In this document: positions 10,526 through 20,868 of the stretch, piece after piece
Layout of the letters: the number at the start of each line of letters is the position of its first letter
Numbering within the stretch: position 1 is the stretch's first letter
Assembly: GCA_048937405.1 (NCBI GenBank)
Contig: JBHLNF010000006.1
Location: 160,001 to 224,000, forward strand
Reading direction: 5' to 3'
DNA length: 64,000 bases
Origin: Promethearchaeota archaeon
GTDB lineage: Archaea; Asgardarchaeota; Lokiarchaeia; Sigyniarchaeales; SOKP01
Translations under genes and position numbers: made by a program
The notes under the pieces: model-generated
Databases searched by the model: none
Seen by the model: the letters and a program-made list of their open reading frames with translations, nothing else
Told to the model about the DNA's origin: nothing

Positions 10526-12163
10526 TTATTTTAATTGGTTTAATCCGTTTTCAAGGCTTTTTATAATTAAGTCAATTTTTTCTACCCCAACTGAAATTCT
10601 CATTAAATAGAAATCAAAACCCAATCGTTCTAATTCTTTTTCTGAGTCATCATAATGCGCCATCATAACATAGGGGGATAATAAGGTTTTTTCGGACCCC
10701 AAACTTGGTCCTTTTAAAATTGGAGGTAGAATGTTATCATAAAATTTCATTGCATTCTCTTCTGAAGAATCTTTTAATACAAAACTTAATAGTCCTCCAC
10801 CGGCTCTTAAATATTTTTCCTTCAGTTCACGATTCGGATTATTTCTAAGACTAGGATAATATACTTTTTCAACAGATTCGTGGTTATTTAGAAAATTAGC
10901 GATGATTTCAGCATTTCTATTTATTTTTACCATTCTTTCTTCAAAAGATTTTATATTTCGGTTAAGTGTTTTTATATCATTGATGTGCATCTTTAATTGG
11001 AGCAGATTATTTAATCTTTTAATGTTATCACCAATCCTTTCATTATTAGTTAAAACCGTACCTCCAATATGATTATTTTTTCCACTTAGAAATTTGGTCG
11101 TACTATGAACAACGACGTCCACGTCATAATCAAATGGATTAAAATTATAAGGAGTGGCAATTGTATTATCCACTAATACTTTTGATCCATGAGAGTGTGC
11201 AATACTAACTATTTTACTAATGTCTACAAGCTGAATTAAAGGATTGCTAGGAACTTCGATAATAACAGCAGTTACTTCATCATCAATATACTTTTGAAAA
11301 TTATTCTCAATATCTGTTCTTATAAATATTGGTTTTTTAAGTCCAAATTTTTTTGGCCATTTCTCTAAAATTCGTAAAGTATCAACGTATAACGAACCTA
11401 ATAAGATGAATTTTGGTCTTTCTACTGACATTAGGGAAAAAATAGACGAAAATACAGCAGCCATACCTGAAGAATACAAATAACAATGATTTGATTTCAA
11501 GTGTTCGAGTTTTGAAATGGTGGATTTAAGTTTATATTCAAGTTCCGCTTCTTTTTGCTTATTGATATAAACTTTTAAAAATTTACGAGAACTTACATTG
11601 AAACCACAATGTCTTCTCAGTGTTTTTAGTATTTTGTATCTAGAACTAAAAATTAATATAATCCCAATATCAAATGTTATTTCATTTATAATTATAATGC
11701 TGAATGTTATTGAATCTATTAGTTCAGAAAGATCTTTTTCGTTGAAGATCCCTATAACAATTTTGTTTTCAATGAAATCTTCTAAGTTACTGATAAAAAT
11801 TACCTCCGCTTCATTTGGATCAACTTCGATAATAATATCAGGAAATTTTTCTTTGAAATAAATAGAAAGAATCTTAGTTAACTTATCATCAATAAAGATT
11901 TTACAACCTTTTTGGTAGAAATAATCAAATACTAAAAATATAGCACTCTCAAAACTATGGCAACTAATCGATTCAAACGATTTGTATTTTTTTTTATATT
12001 TCAATTCAAGAATTTTTACGGTAGGATGACTAACAAAGCGGGGATAACCTTGATTAATATATATGTTTCCTTCTTCATAATCAATGACATCTTGAAGTTT
12101 AGGAAATACTGCAGAAATCCCATGAAAACCACCTATTGTTTTAAGATATTTTAATTCTGGCAA
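10526..12163 (-). CDS. Cystathionine gamma-synthase, long Str2-like type
   Basis: YEEG...GYPRF N-terminus, SSGMAA, EVPSNP, VDNT, HSTTKF (PLP Lys) and KGPSLG motifs. Confidence 0.75.
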   Translation of the reverse strand: MPELKYLKTIGGFHGISAVFPKLQDVIDYEEGNIYINQGYPRFVSHPTVKILELKYKKKYKSFESISCHSFESAIFLVFDYFYQKGCKIFIDDKLTKILSIYFKEKFPDIIIEVDPNEAEVIFISNLEDFIENKIVIGIFNEKDLSELIDSITFSIIIINEITFDIGIILIFSSRYKILKTLRRHCGFNVSSRKFLKVYINKQKEAELEYKLKSTISKLEHLKSNHCYLYSSGMAAVFSSIFSLMSVERPKFILLGSLYVDTLRILEKWPKKFGLKKPIFIRTDIENNFQKYIDDEVTAVIIEVPSNPLIQLVDISKIVSIAHSHGSKVLVDNTIATPYNFNPFDYDVDVVVHSTTKFLSGKNNHIGGTVLTNNERIGDNIKRLNNLLQLKMHINDIKTLNRNIKSFEERMVKINRNAEIIANFLNNHESVEKVYYPSLRNNPNRELKEKYLRAGGGLLSFVLKDSSEENAMKFYDNILPPILKGPSLGSEKTLLSPYVMMAHYDDSEKELERLGFDFYLMRISVGVEKIDLIIKSLENGLNQLK

Positions 12164-12176
12164 TTTTATTTTTTTT

Positions 12177-13349
12177 TTATCTTTTTTGGTTTAATTTTAG
12201 GATTGAAATTGTTTCTTCAATGTCATCTTCATTATTGTAATAGTTGAAAGCAAACCTTAGAAGAGTCTTTTTTTTTGTTTTAGGATAGTTTCTAAGTGAA
12301 AATTGGATATTTTTTGCTGAAAGGTCGGAAAATATTGACTCTGCATTTTCACTCTCAAGTGTAATTATACCTGAGCGATATTCTATATCTAAAGGAGTAA
12401 TAATTTTGAAACTTGTCTCTTTAAGTTGCTCTATGAAATTCTGTGTGAGATTAATTATTCTTTTTTGTATTTGTTTAATGCCTTCTCTAATATTACCATT
12501 TCCAATCTCCTTTATTAATAGAAGGTTAGCTTTTAAAGCAAAAATTGAAGCAAAATTTGGGGTACCTCCTAAACCGTCCATGGTTTTTGTTTGATTAATG
12601 AAATTAAGATTATCATTATCCATTGAATATGAATCTTTGACACTTAGCCAACTTAAAAAAGATAAACCTTCCCTAGGAATAAGTCTATCATTGAAATATA
12701 AAATTCCCAAACCATATCCGCTACAGGCCCATTTCAAACCAGATGCTACTAAAATATCAATCTTCTCTTGGGTTGTATCAATAGGAAAAGCGCCAAATGA
12801 TTGGGTAGCATTTATTATACTAATATATTTATTTTTTTTACAAAAATTTCCTAATACGCCTAAATTTTGTTTAAAACCAGTTAGATATTGAACATGACTA
12901 TGGATAACATATTTTGTATCTTCCTTAATATAATTAGAAATTTTATCTAAGGGATATGTATTATCAAATTCTAAAGGAAATTTATCACATCCAAACCCTA
13001 ATTTTTTAAAAATCAGTATTGATGTGGGAAATTCACCCTCAGGATATATTATTCTACCTTTTTCAAGTATATGAGCAATTACATTCATTCCAGAGGAAGT
13101 ATTTATAAGAAAAGCAACTTCATGGGGTTTACAATTAATATAATCAGCAATTAGCTGCCTTGTGAATTCAATATCATCAAGATATTGATCCCAAAATAAA
13201 TCTCCAACCATATATAATCCATTAAGATATTTTAAAGAAGCATCATATCCTGCTTTACTCATTGGAGACCCTCCAGCTGCTTTTAAATATATTGAATTTT
13301 CAAGTGCAGGAAACTGTTCCTTTCTTATTTTATTCCAATTTACATTCAT
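12177..13349 (-). CDS. Class V PLP aminotransferase (cysteine desulfurase / Sec lyase / kynureninase-like)
   Basis: NTSSG, EFPT, NATQSFG, SGLKW and GTPN motifs. Confidence 0.75.
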   Translation of the reverse strand: MNVNWNKIRKEQFPALENSIYLKAAGGSPMSKAGYDASLKYLNGLYMVGDLFWDQYLDDIEFTRQLIADYINCKPHEVAFLINTSSGMNVIAHILEKGRIIYPEGEFPTSILIFKKLGFGCDKFPLEFDNTYPLDKISNYIKEDTKYVIHSHVQYLTGFKQNLGVLGNFCKKNKYISIINATQSFGAFPIDTTQEKIDILVASGLKWACSGYGLGILYFNDRLIPREGLSFLSWLSVKDSYSMDNDNLNFINQTKTMDGLGGTPNFASIFALKANLLLIKEIGNGNIREGIKQIQKRIINLTQNFIEQLKETSFKIITPLDIEYRSGIITLESENAESIFSDLSAKNIQFSLRNYPKTKKKTLLRFAFNYYNNEDDIEETISILKLNQKR

Positions 13350-13374
13350 AATAATGATTAATTTTATCTTACTA

Positions 13375-13965
13375 TTAATTACTTTTTAAAATAAAAATTG
13401 CTGTTCTACTGAAAAGATTTGGAAAAATGTTAGTAAGATTGAATCGTCTTTTAGGAAGATATATCTTGGAGGAAATATTAAATCCTTTTTTCTTACAGAG
13501 TTCTAGGAATGATTTTACTGTTAAAAGCTGTTGCTTTTTCCCATTAATAATTGACCTCCCATTTTTAGAACTTTTTATTCTGCCTTTAAAGAGAAAAGAT
13601 ACGCGATTTCTCCAATTAGCTAAATTTTCAAAACTAATAAAAGAATGTTCACCGACTCTTAACATTTCTTTTATGAGATTATCAGGTGATGATATATATT
13701 CTAATGTTTGACTTAAGATGATGTAATCAAATGATTTATTTTGAAAATCCTTTAAACCCTCATTTAAATCTTCTTGTATCACAGAGAGTCCTTTTTCTAG
13801 GCAACTTTTAATACAATCAATAGAAATCTCAATTCCTAATCCTTTTACTTTTTTTTCTTTAACCAATTCATAAAGTAATTGACCATCTCCGCAACCTAAA
13901 TCCAATACTCTGCTTGATAGAGTAATATATTCGCATATAATTTGTAGATCTTTTCTTTTTAGCAT
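13375..13965 (-). CDS. metW: Methionine biosynthesis protein MetW
   Basis: VLDLGCGDG, FDYIILSQTL; directly downstream of metX. Confidence 0.9.
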   Translation of the reverse strand: MLKRKDLQIICEYITLSSRVLDLGCGDGQLLYELVKEKKVKGLGIEISIDCIKSCLEKGLSVIQEDLNEGLKDFQNKSFDYIILSQTLEYISSPDNLIKEMLRVGEHSFISFENLANWRNRVSFLFKGRIKSSKNGRSIINGKKQQLLTVKSFLELCKKKGFNISSKIYLPKRRFNLTNIFPNLFSRTAIFILKSN

Positions 13966-13978
13966 AATCTAAATTAAT

Positions 13979-15106
13979 TCAAATCTCAAGGTTTTTTAAA
14001 AAATTTGAAACTACTTCACGTAAATCTTTACAATCTATTAAAAACGAATCATGCCCATAATTAACATCTATCTCTACAAAACTAACATCTAATGAATTTG
14101 ATTTTAAAGCAAAAACTATTTCCTTCGATTGACTTGTGGGATATAACCAATCAGAAGAAAAGGAGATTACCAAGAATTTGTTTTTCTTTAGGTGTGAAAA
14201 TGTTGGAATTAGATTTCCATTTTGGCGAATATCGAAATAATCAATTGCTTTCGTAATATACAAATAAGAATTTGCGTCAAAACGTTTAGTGAAGGCTGTC
14301 CCCTTATATTGCAAATAACTTTCGACTTCAAATTCTTCAGTAAATTGAAAAAGTAATTTTGGATTATGTTGTAAAGATCGTCCGAATTTTTCTCTCATAA
14401 TATCCTCACTTAAATAAGTAATATGTCCAATTTCTCTTGCTAATCTTAATCCTTTATTTGGTGCATATCCTGAATAATAATTTCCATTATTCCAAAAAGG
14501 ATCTGAATAAATTGCTTGTCTTTGTACTTCATTAAATGCAATATTTAAGGTAGTCGCATGCGCTGCTGTGGCCATTGGAATTGCAGATAAGGTTATTTCT
14601 GGATAATTAATAATCCAATCCAGAACTTGCATACCACCCATGCTACTCCCTGTTACTGTCAATAATTTTTGAACACCTAAATAGTCTATTAACATTTTTA
14701 CTGCTCTTACTATATCATGGATTGTGATGATAGGAAAATCTAGACCATATCTTTTTCCATTTAATGGATTGAGGGAATTTGGTCCAGTAGAACCATAACA
14801 ACTACCTAAAATGTTCGCACAAATTATAAAATATTTGTTTGTGTCAAATGGTTTATTAGGTCCAACCATTTCATCCCACCAACCACCAATCTCGCTATTT
14901 GCTTTGAAAACATGTGAACTACCGGACAAAGCATGAAAAATTAAAATGGCGTTTGATTTAATAGTATTTAAATGTCCATAGGTTTCATAAGCTAATTGAA
15001 ATTTAGGTAATATTTTTCCCGATTCGAGATTAAAGATCTTAACATATTTAAAATACTTTAAATCAGGTATTTTATTTAAAATATCTTCAAACAGCTTATT
15101 TGTCAC
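13979..15106 (-). CDS. metX: Homoserine O-acetyltransferase
   Basis: HALSG, GWWD..VGP, GSSMGG, FDANSYL and GHDSFL motifs. Confidence 0.93.
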   Translation of the reverse strand: MTNKLFEDILNKIPDLKYFKYVKIFNLESGKILPKFQLAYETYGHLNTIKSNAILIFHALSGSSHVFKANSEIGGWWDEMVGPNKPFDTNKYFIICANILGSCYGSTGPNSLNPLNGKRYGLDFPIITIHDIVRAVKMLIDYLGVQKLLTVTGSSMGGMQVLDWIINYPEITLSAIPMATAAHATTLNIAFNEVQRQAIYSDPFWNNGNYYSGYAPNKGLRLAREIGHITYLSEDIMREKFGRSLQHNPKLLFQFTEEFEVESYLQYKGTAFTKRFDANSYLYITKAIDYFDIRQNGNLIPTFSHLKKNKFLVISFSSDWLYPTSQSKEIVFALKSNSLDVSFVEIDVNYGHDSFLIDCKDLREVVSNFLKNLEI

Positions 15107-15198
15107 CTTTTAATCTAAGATTAGGATTTAAGTATGAGTGAAATTGATATAAATTATTATAGCCTAGTGTTTTATTTAAAAAATAAAAAAACTAAGGT

Positions 15199-16128
15199 TT
15201 AAGCTTCGAATAAATTGGTTGTAAGATATCTTTCTCCTGTATCCGGTAAAATTACGACAATATTTTGCCCTTCATTAAAATCTTTTGATACTATATATAT
15301 AGTAGCCCATACTGCGGCACCAGCAGAAACTCCTGCAAATATTCCTTCCAGTTTAGCTAAGTTTCTTGATGTTTCTACTGCGTTTTCATATTCGACTTGA
15401 ATAACTTTGTCGTATATTTTAGTATTAAGCACATCTGGTACAAATCCTGCTCCAATCCCTTGGATCTTATGAGGTCCTGGAGTACCTCCAGATAATACTG
15501 GTGAATCTTTGGGTTCTACAGCATAAATTTTTACATGGTCCCCAACTTTTTGTTTTAAGACTTCTCCAACACCAGTAATTGTTCCACCAGTTCCAATCCC
15601 TGAGACAAATGCATCTATTTTACCATCAAGATCTCTAATAATTTCCTCAGCTGTTGTTTTTCGATGTATTTCAGGATTCGCTAAGTTTTTAAATTGTTGA
15701 GGTATGAAGACCTTATCATTATCTTGGGCGAGTTCCTCGGCTTTACTAATCGCACCTTTCATCCCTCCTGAGGCAGGTGTTAATACCAACTCAGCCCCAT
15801 ATGCGTTTAGAATTTTCCGTCTTTCTACAGACATGCTCTCTGGCATTGTAAGTATCAATCTATATCCTTTTACTGCACATACTAAAGCTAAACCAATACC
15901 TGTATTCCCAGATGTAGGTTCAACTATCGTTGTTTCATTATTAATTATTCCGGCTTTTTCTGCTACTTCGATCATTGCCATACAGATTCTATCTTTAACA
16001 CTAGCACCTGGATTAAATGCTTCAACCTTTGCATAAATGTTAGGTTTTATATTTTCAGTACTTCTATTCAATTTTACTAACGGAGTATTTCCAATTGTTT
16101 CAATAATATTATTATAAGTTTTTTCCAT
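15199..16128 (-). CDS. cysK: Cysteine synthase A
   Basis: IGNTPLV, SVKDR, PTSGNTG, GTGGT and HKIQGIG motifs. Confidence 0.95.
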   Translation of the reverse strand: MEKTYNNIIETIGNTPLVKLNRSTENIKPNIYAKVEAFNPGASVKDRICMAMIEVAEKAGIINNETTIVEPTSGNTGIGLALVCAVKGYRLILTMPESMSVERRKILNAYGAELVLTPASGGMKGAISKAEELAQDNDKVFIPQQFKNLANPEIHRKTTAEEIIRDLDGKIDAFVSGIGTGGTITGVGEVLKQKVGDHVKIYAVEPKDSPVLSGGTPGPHKIQGIGAGFVPDVLNTKIYDKVIQVEYENAVETSRNLAKLEGIFAGVSAGAAVWATIYIVSKDFNEGQNIVVILPDTGERYLTTNLFEA

Positions 16129-16188
16129 ATATTCATCACTTAATTTTAATAATTTTATTCAAATCTTTCAATGTCTAGTCAAGAAGAC

Positions 16189-16230
16189 AAGATTTATAAA
16201 TCTTACTTTTTTATTTTAAATCTTACTTTT
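16189..16230. promoter_or_regulatory. Divergent cysK/rrf2 promoter region: 16-bp palindrome containing a TATA-like core plus a 14-bp direct repeat
   Basis: AAGATTTATAAATCTT at 16189-16204; TAAATCTTACTTTT at 16197-16210 and 16217-16230. Confidence 0.5.
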
Positions 16231-16274
16231 ATTTATTAATCGAATCTCTAAAAAAACTAAATTCGTATTTTTCT

Positions 16275-16688
16275 ATGAAGTTATTTTCTGAAAAAATAAA
16301 ATATGGCCTTGCTGCACTATTTGAATTAGCTAAAAATTATAATAAAGGCCCAGTAAAAATTGAAGATATAGCAATATCGCAAAATATACCCCAGAATTAC
16401 CTAGAGCATTTATTAATTAAATTAAAAAATGCAGACTTGGTCGATAGTATAAGAGGTAAAAAAGGGGGTTATCAACTAAAACGTACTGCAGATTCTATAA
16501 CAGTACTCGATCTATTAATAGGTTTAGAAGGTAAAATATCAACGTTCGATCGTTTTGGGACCTCTGAAGTTTTAAGAGACTATTGGAAAGGTATTGAAGA
16601 TAAATTTAGTGAATTGTTTTATACTACTTTAGAAGATCTCATAAACGAAGAAAATAAAATTCATAATCGCTTATTTTTTCAAATTTAA
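16275..16688 (+). CDS. Rrf2 family regulator, CymR-like (no Fe-S Cys ligands)
   Basis: YGL..L..LA, YLEHLL..LK and SIRGKKGGY motifs; no Cys; ends FFQI; divergent from cysK. Confidence 0.85.
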   Translation: MKLFSEKIKYGLAALFELAKNYNKGPVKIEDIAISQNIPQNYLEHLLIKLKNADLVDSIRGKKGGYQLKRTADSITVLDLLIGLEGKISTFDRFGTSEVLRDYWKGIEDKFSELFYTTLEDLINEENKIHNRLFFQI

Positions 16689-16774
16689 AAATAGCCAATT
16701 TCAGTAATTTGTGTACAAGTATGATCTGAATTTTTCTGTAACACTGAAATTAGTTTAAATTAATTATTAAACTA

Positions 16775-17164
16775 TTATTTCTGATTTAATTTATATATCC
16801 TGATAGCTTCATGAAGTCCATCTGCTGCAAGATTTGAACAATGCATTTTTATAGGAGGTAAACCATCCAATGCATCTGCTACATCCTTTCTAGTTATATT
16901 CATTGCATCATCTAATTTTTTTCCTTTTGCTAGTTCTGTTATCATAGATGATGTTGCAATCGCAGCAGCACATCCAAATGTTTGGAAAGATATATCTTCT
17001 ATCTTATTCTTTTTTACTTTAATATATATATGCATAAGATCTCCACATACAGGATTTCCAACAATTCCTACTGCATCAGCATCCTCCATTTCACACATAT
17101 TTTTAGGGTCTTTAAAATGTTCCATTACTTTTTCAGAGTACATATTATGACCTTTCTCACTCAA
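16775..17164 (-). CDS. iscU: Fe-S scaffold IscU/NifU-N
   Basis: YSEKVMEHF, GNPVCGD, FGCAAAIATSS and KMHCS motifs. Confidence 0.95.
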   Translation of the reverse strand: MSEKGHNMYSEKVMEHFKDPKNMCEMEDADAVGIVGNPVCGDLMHIYIKVKKNKIEDISFQTFGCAAAIATSSMITELAKGKKLDDAMNITRKDVADALDGLPPIKMHCSNLAADGLHEAIRIYKLNQK

Positions 17165-17182
17165 TAAATTATTATATTTGAT

Positions 17183-18409
17183 TTAATGAAACTGAGATTC
17201 CAGTTTTTTCTTATTTAATATAGAATTTATTCCTTTTTTTAGTGGTGATATTTCCCTTAGACGAGTAATTATAGGTGGGAGTTTTTCTAATAAATATTCT
17301 ATATCATTTTGAGTTGTAAATCTTCCCATTGTAATTCGTAATGAACCGTGAGCCTCTTCAGGTTTTTGACCTATTGCTAATAAAACATGTGATGGTTCTA
17401 AAGATTTTGAAGAACATGCTGATCCTGTCGAGGTTGCGATTCCTTCTTCATTTAAACTTAAAACTATGGATTCACCTTCAATATACCTAAAACCCAAATT
17501 AACATTATTAGGGAGTCTTTGAGTTGGATGTCCGTTTAAGTAAACATCCTCAATATTTTCAGTAACTTCTTTAATAAGACGATCTCTAAATCTAATTAAT
17601 CTTTTTGTCTCTTTACCTATATTTTTTCTGCATAATTCTACAGCTTTTGAAAATCCTACTATTCCCGGGATATTTTCTGTACTTGACCTCAATCCACGTT
17701 CATGTCCTCCACCATGGATTAATGGTTCAATATTCTTTTTGCCTCCTAATTTTCCACCTTTCTCTCTTATATAAAGCAGTCCTACCCCTTTAGGTCCATA
17801 TATTTTATGAGCACTGGCAGAAAGCAAGTCAATATTCATATCTTCAATATTTATAGGAATTCTTCCAAATGCTTGAACTGCATCTGTGTGAAAAATAATA
17901 TTGTGGTTTTTAGCAATTATTCCAATTTCTTTAATAGGTTCAATTGTCCCAATTTCATTATTGGCAAACATAATTGAGATCAATATTGTATTATCTGTAA
18001 TTGCTTCTTCTAATTCATTTAAATCAACTACCCCATATTTATCTACATCTAAATAAGTTACATTAAATCCTAACTTTTCCAAATATTGGCATGGATGAAG
18101 AACAGCATGGTGTTCAATTTTTGATGTTATTATATGATTACCTGTGTTTTTATGTTTAAATCCAACTCCTTTTATTGCTAAATTATCTGATTCTGTTCCA
18201 GAAGACGTAAAATAGATTTCATTTGGTTCTGCGTTCAAAAATAAGGCAATATTATCTCTGGATTGCTCTAGAATTTGATGTGCAGCTTGTCCATAAGAAT
18301 GTAAGCTAGATGCATTTCCAAATGTACCATTTAAATGAATTGTCATCTCGTTTACTACTTCTGGATCCATTGGTGTAGAAGCTGCATAATCTAAATATAC
18401 TTTTTTAAT
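17183..18409 (-). CDS. iscS: Cysteine desulfurase IscS/NifS (start extended to a probable ATT)
   Basis: SAHKIYGPKG and GSACSS motifs; the conserved VYLDYAASTP lies in frame upstream of the ORF-track ATG at 18370. Confidence 0.9.
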   Translation of the reverse strand: MKKVYLDYAASTPMDPEVVNEMTIHLNGTFGNASSLHSYGQAAHQILEQSRDNIALFLNAEPNEIYFTSSGTESDNLAIKGVGFKHKNTGNHIITSKIEHHAVLHPCQYLEKLGFNVTYLDVDKYGVVDLNELEEAITDNTILISIMFANNEIGTIEPIKEIGIIAKNHNIIFHTDAVQAFGRIPINIEDMNIDLLSASAHKIYGPKGVGLLYIREKGGKLGGKKNIEPLIHGGGHERGLRSSTENIPGIVGFSKAVELCRKNIGKETKRLIRFRDRLIKEVTENIEDVYLNGHPTQRLPNNVNLGFRYIEGESIVLSLNEEGIATSTGSACSSKSLEPSHVLLAIGQKPEEAHGSLRITMGRFTTQNDIEYLLEKLPPIITRLREISPLKKGINSILNKKKLESQFH

Positions 18410-18486
18410 AAGAATCTCCCTCTATCAATAATATAATTATATAATCTTTTCAAAATTTTTAACCTACTTTATAGATTTTCAATTAT

Positions 18487-19362
18487 CTAGATACCCCCTC
18501 CTTCTAAACCAAAATAAATCTCATAATCGCTTTCTTTTCTTTCAAGTTCTATTTTAAACTTTTTTTCAAGGAATTCAATTCTTTGATTTATAGAAGAAAG
18601 AGTTATTGTTAATGGATCGGGTAAATCACCATGAGAGAGGTCAATTTTCTTGATTTTTTCACCGTTTCGAGAGATTATCCTTCCAGGAACACCCACTACT
18701 ACTGAATTTGGAGGAATATCCTTAACAACTACCGAGTTTGCCCCTATTTTTACATTATCTCCGATAGTTATAGGTCCTAATATTTTTGCTCCAGTTCCAA
18801 CTACGATATTGTTACCTAATGTTGGATGTCTTTTAATCGTATTCATCATTGTTCCTCCCAGAACAACTCCCTGATAAATGGTTACATTATCTCCTATTTT
18901 TGCTGTTTCTCCAATAACAACACCGCCTCCATGATCTATAAAAAAATCCTTTCCAATTTCAGCACCGGGATGAATTTCAATACCAGTTAACTCCCTAGCA
19001 ATCTCAGAGATATACCTAGGTACAAAAGGCATCATTATTTTCCAGAAAAAATGACTAATACGATGTAATAAGATAGCTTTAATTCCTGGATAACTTGTTA
19101 AAACTTCTAATAAAGACTGCGCGGCAGGATCTTTATTAAATGCAGCACTTACATCTGATACAAAGAAATTCAAAATTTTTTGCAAATTTTGATCTATCTC
19201 TTCACGATTTAACTCTTCTAATCGATAATCTAAATTTAATATGCATTCTGCACAAAAATTATAATTATTTCTCTCTTTATGCCTTAGAGTTTTACCACAA
19301 CTTAAACAATTTAAAAATTCTTCCATTTTATACTCTTTTTCAGAAATCGTATTAAATGGCAA
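18487..19362 (-). CDS. cysE: Serine O-acetyltransferase with N-terminal CxxC...CxxC extension
   Basis: DPAA, TGIEIHPGA, FIDHG, RHPT and hexapeptide repeats; ends GGGI. Confidence 0.92.
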   Translation of the reverse strand: MPFNTISEKEYKMEEFLNCLSCGKTLRHKERNNYNFCAECILNLDYRLEELNREEIDQNLQKILNFFVSDVSAAFNKDPAAQSLLEVLTSYPGIKAILLHRISHFFWKIMMPFVPRYISEIARELTGIEIHPGAEIGKDFFIDHGGGVVIGETAKIGDNVTIYQGVVLGGTMMNTIKRHPTLGNNIVVGTGAKILGPITIGDNVKIGANSVVVKDIPPNSVVVGVPGRIISRNGEKIKKIDLSHGDLPDPLTITLSSINQRIEFLEKKFKIELERKESDYEIYFGLEGGGI

Positions 19363-19425
19363 TTAATGTCTTAAAATAAAAAATTAAGTGCAATTTTTTC
19401 ATCTAATTTTAAAAAATAATTATAA

Positions 19426-19713
19426 TTATCCTCCCGCAATAGCAGGTAAAAAAGATATTTCATCACCATCTTTAATCATGGTATCCAGTTCATCTAGTTT
19501 ACGAATATCCTTTCCATTAATTCCGATAATAATATACTTATTTAGCTTACCTTTTGCATTAAATAGATTTTTTTCAAAATTTCTTCCAAGTAGTGAATTC
19601 AATCTCACTAAAATATCTCTAATTGTTAACTCGTTATTAAATGTTAAAGAAATTTCTTTTTTACCTACAATATCCTCTAATAAAGAAAAGAATGAGGTCT
19701 TTATATTTATCAT
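19426..19713 (-). CDS. MoaD/ThiS/SAMP ubiquitin-like sulfur carrier
   Basis: Beta-grasp size, DGDEISFLPAIAGG C-terminal di-Gly. Confidence 0.9.
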   Translation of the reverse strand: MINIKTSFFSLLEDIVGKKEISLTFNNELTIRDILVRLNSLLGRNFEKNLFNAKGKLNKYIIIGINGKDIRKLDELDTMIKDGDEISFLPAIAGG

Positions 19714-19849
19714 GTAATAAACCCTTTAAAATTCAATTTCAAGTTCATTAGCATATTATTATATTCTAAAAAAATATTGCATTTATCTATTTGGATTATA
19801 AAATTTAAAAAATACTGTAATTATAATGAATAATAAAATCCTTAGTTAA

Positions 19850-20791
19850 GTGATTATTATCAATAAATCAAAACTGAATATTGGACATCTTTCAACTGCT
19901 TATCATACAAATTACATATTAATGGAGTCTGAAGATTTAACAAAAGATTTAAAAATTATTGTAAATTGGATTTTGTTCGGGACAGGTCCCGCGATGGTTA
20001 AAGCATTTAGAGAAGAAAAACTTGATATTGGCTATATGGGTTTACCACCTGCGATAATAGGAATTGATCACGGTGTTACTATCAAATGTATAGCGGGTGG
20101 TCATGTTGAGGGAACGATTATGGTTGCCAAGATGGAATACAAAATACAAGAACAATTAAATAACAATTTAAAAAGAGTACTTTCCCAATTTAAAGGAAAA
20201 ACAATAGGAGTTCCAAGTAAGGGATCTATTCATGATGTTATATTAATGCATTATCTGGAAAAATTTAATTTAATAGATGATATTGAAGTTAAGAATTATG
20301 AACAAGCAGAATTTATAGCAAAAGATATGAAGGAGGGTATTTTAGAAGCAGGAGTTGGAACTCCTGCCCTAGCAGTTTTTGCATCAACAATGTTAAAATC
20401 TCATTTAATTATTAAGGCAAAAGAACTATGGTCAAATAATCCTAGCTATGGATTATTTATTCATGATAATTTTGTTAAAAAAGATCCTGAAATTTTATTG
20501 AAATTTTTGTATCATCATAAAAGTGCTTCATATTTACTTAGAAATGATCCATCAATGGCGGCTGAAAAAATAGTTAAATCCTTTAGAATTATTGATAAGA
20601 ACTATGCTGAATCCGTTTTAAGGATATCCCCTAAATACTGCATAGCTCTCTCAGAAGGTTATGTTAAATCAACAATGAGGTTTGTAAAAACGCTTTATAG
20701 CTTAGGATATATTTCACGAAAGCTTAAAGTTAGAGAGATTTTTGACTTTAGATTTGTCAATGAAGTGCATCCTGAACCTGCACACTACTAA
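19850..20791 (+). CDS. NitT/TauT/Thi5-like substrate-binding family protein without signal peptide
   Basis: FGTGPAMV, LDIGYMGLPPAI and GSIHDV motifs. Confidence 0.7.
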   Translation: MIIINKSKLNIGHLSTAYHTNYILMESEDLTKDLKIIVNWILFGTGPAMVKAFREEKLDIGYMGLPPAIIGIDHGVTIKCIAGGHVEGTIMVAKMEYKIQEQLNNNLKRVLSQFKGKTIGVPSKGSIHDVILMHYLEKFNLIDDIEVKNYEQAEFIAKDMKEGILEAGVGTPALAVFASTMLKSHLIIKAKELWSNNPSYGLFIHDNFVKKDPEILLKFLYHHKSASYLLRNDPSMAAEKIVKSFRIIDKNYAESVLRISPKYCIALSEGYVKSTMRFVKTLYSLGYISRKLKVREIFDFRFVNEVHPEPAHY

Positions 20792-20868
20792 GTTAATTAG
20801 AATTGTAATTCATTGCTTATAATTCTATAATTGTATCTTTTTATGTTAAGCATTCTTGTATTTAAATT

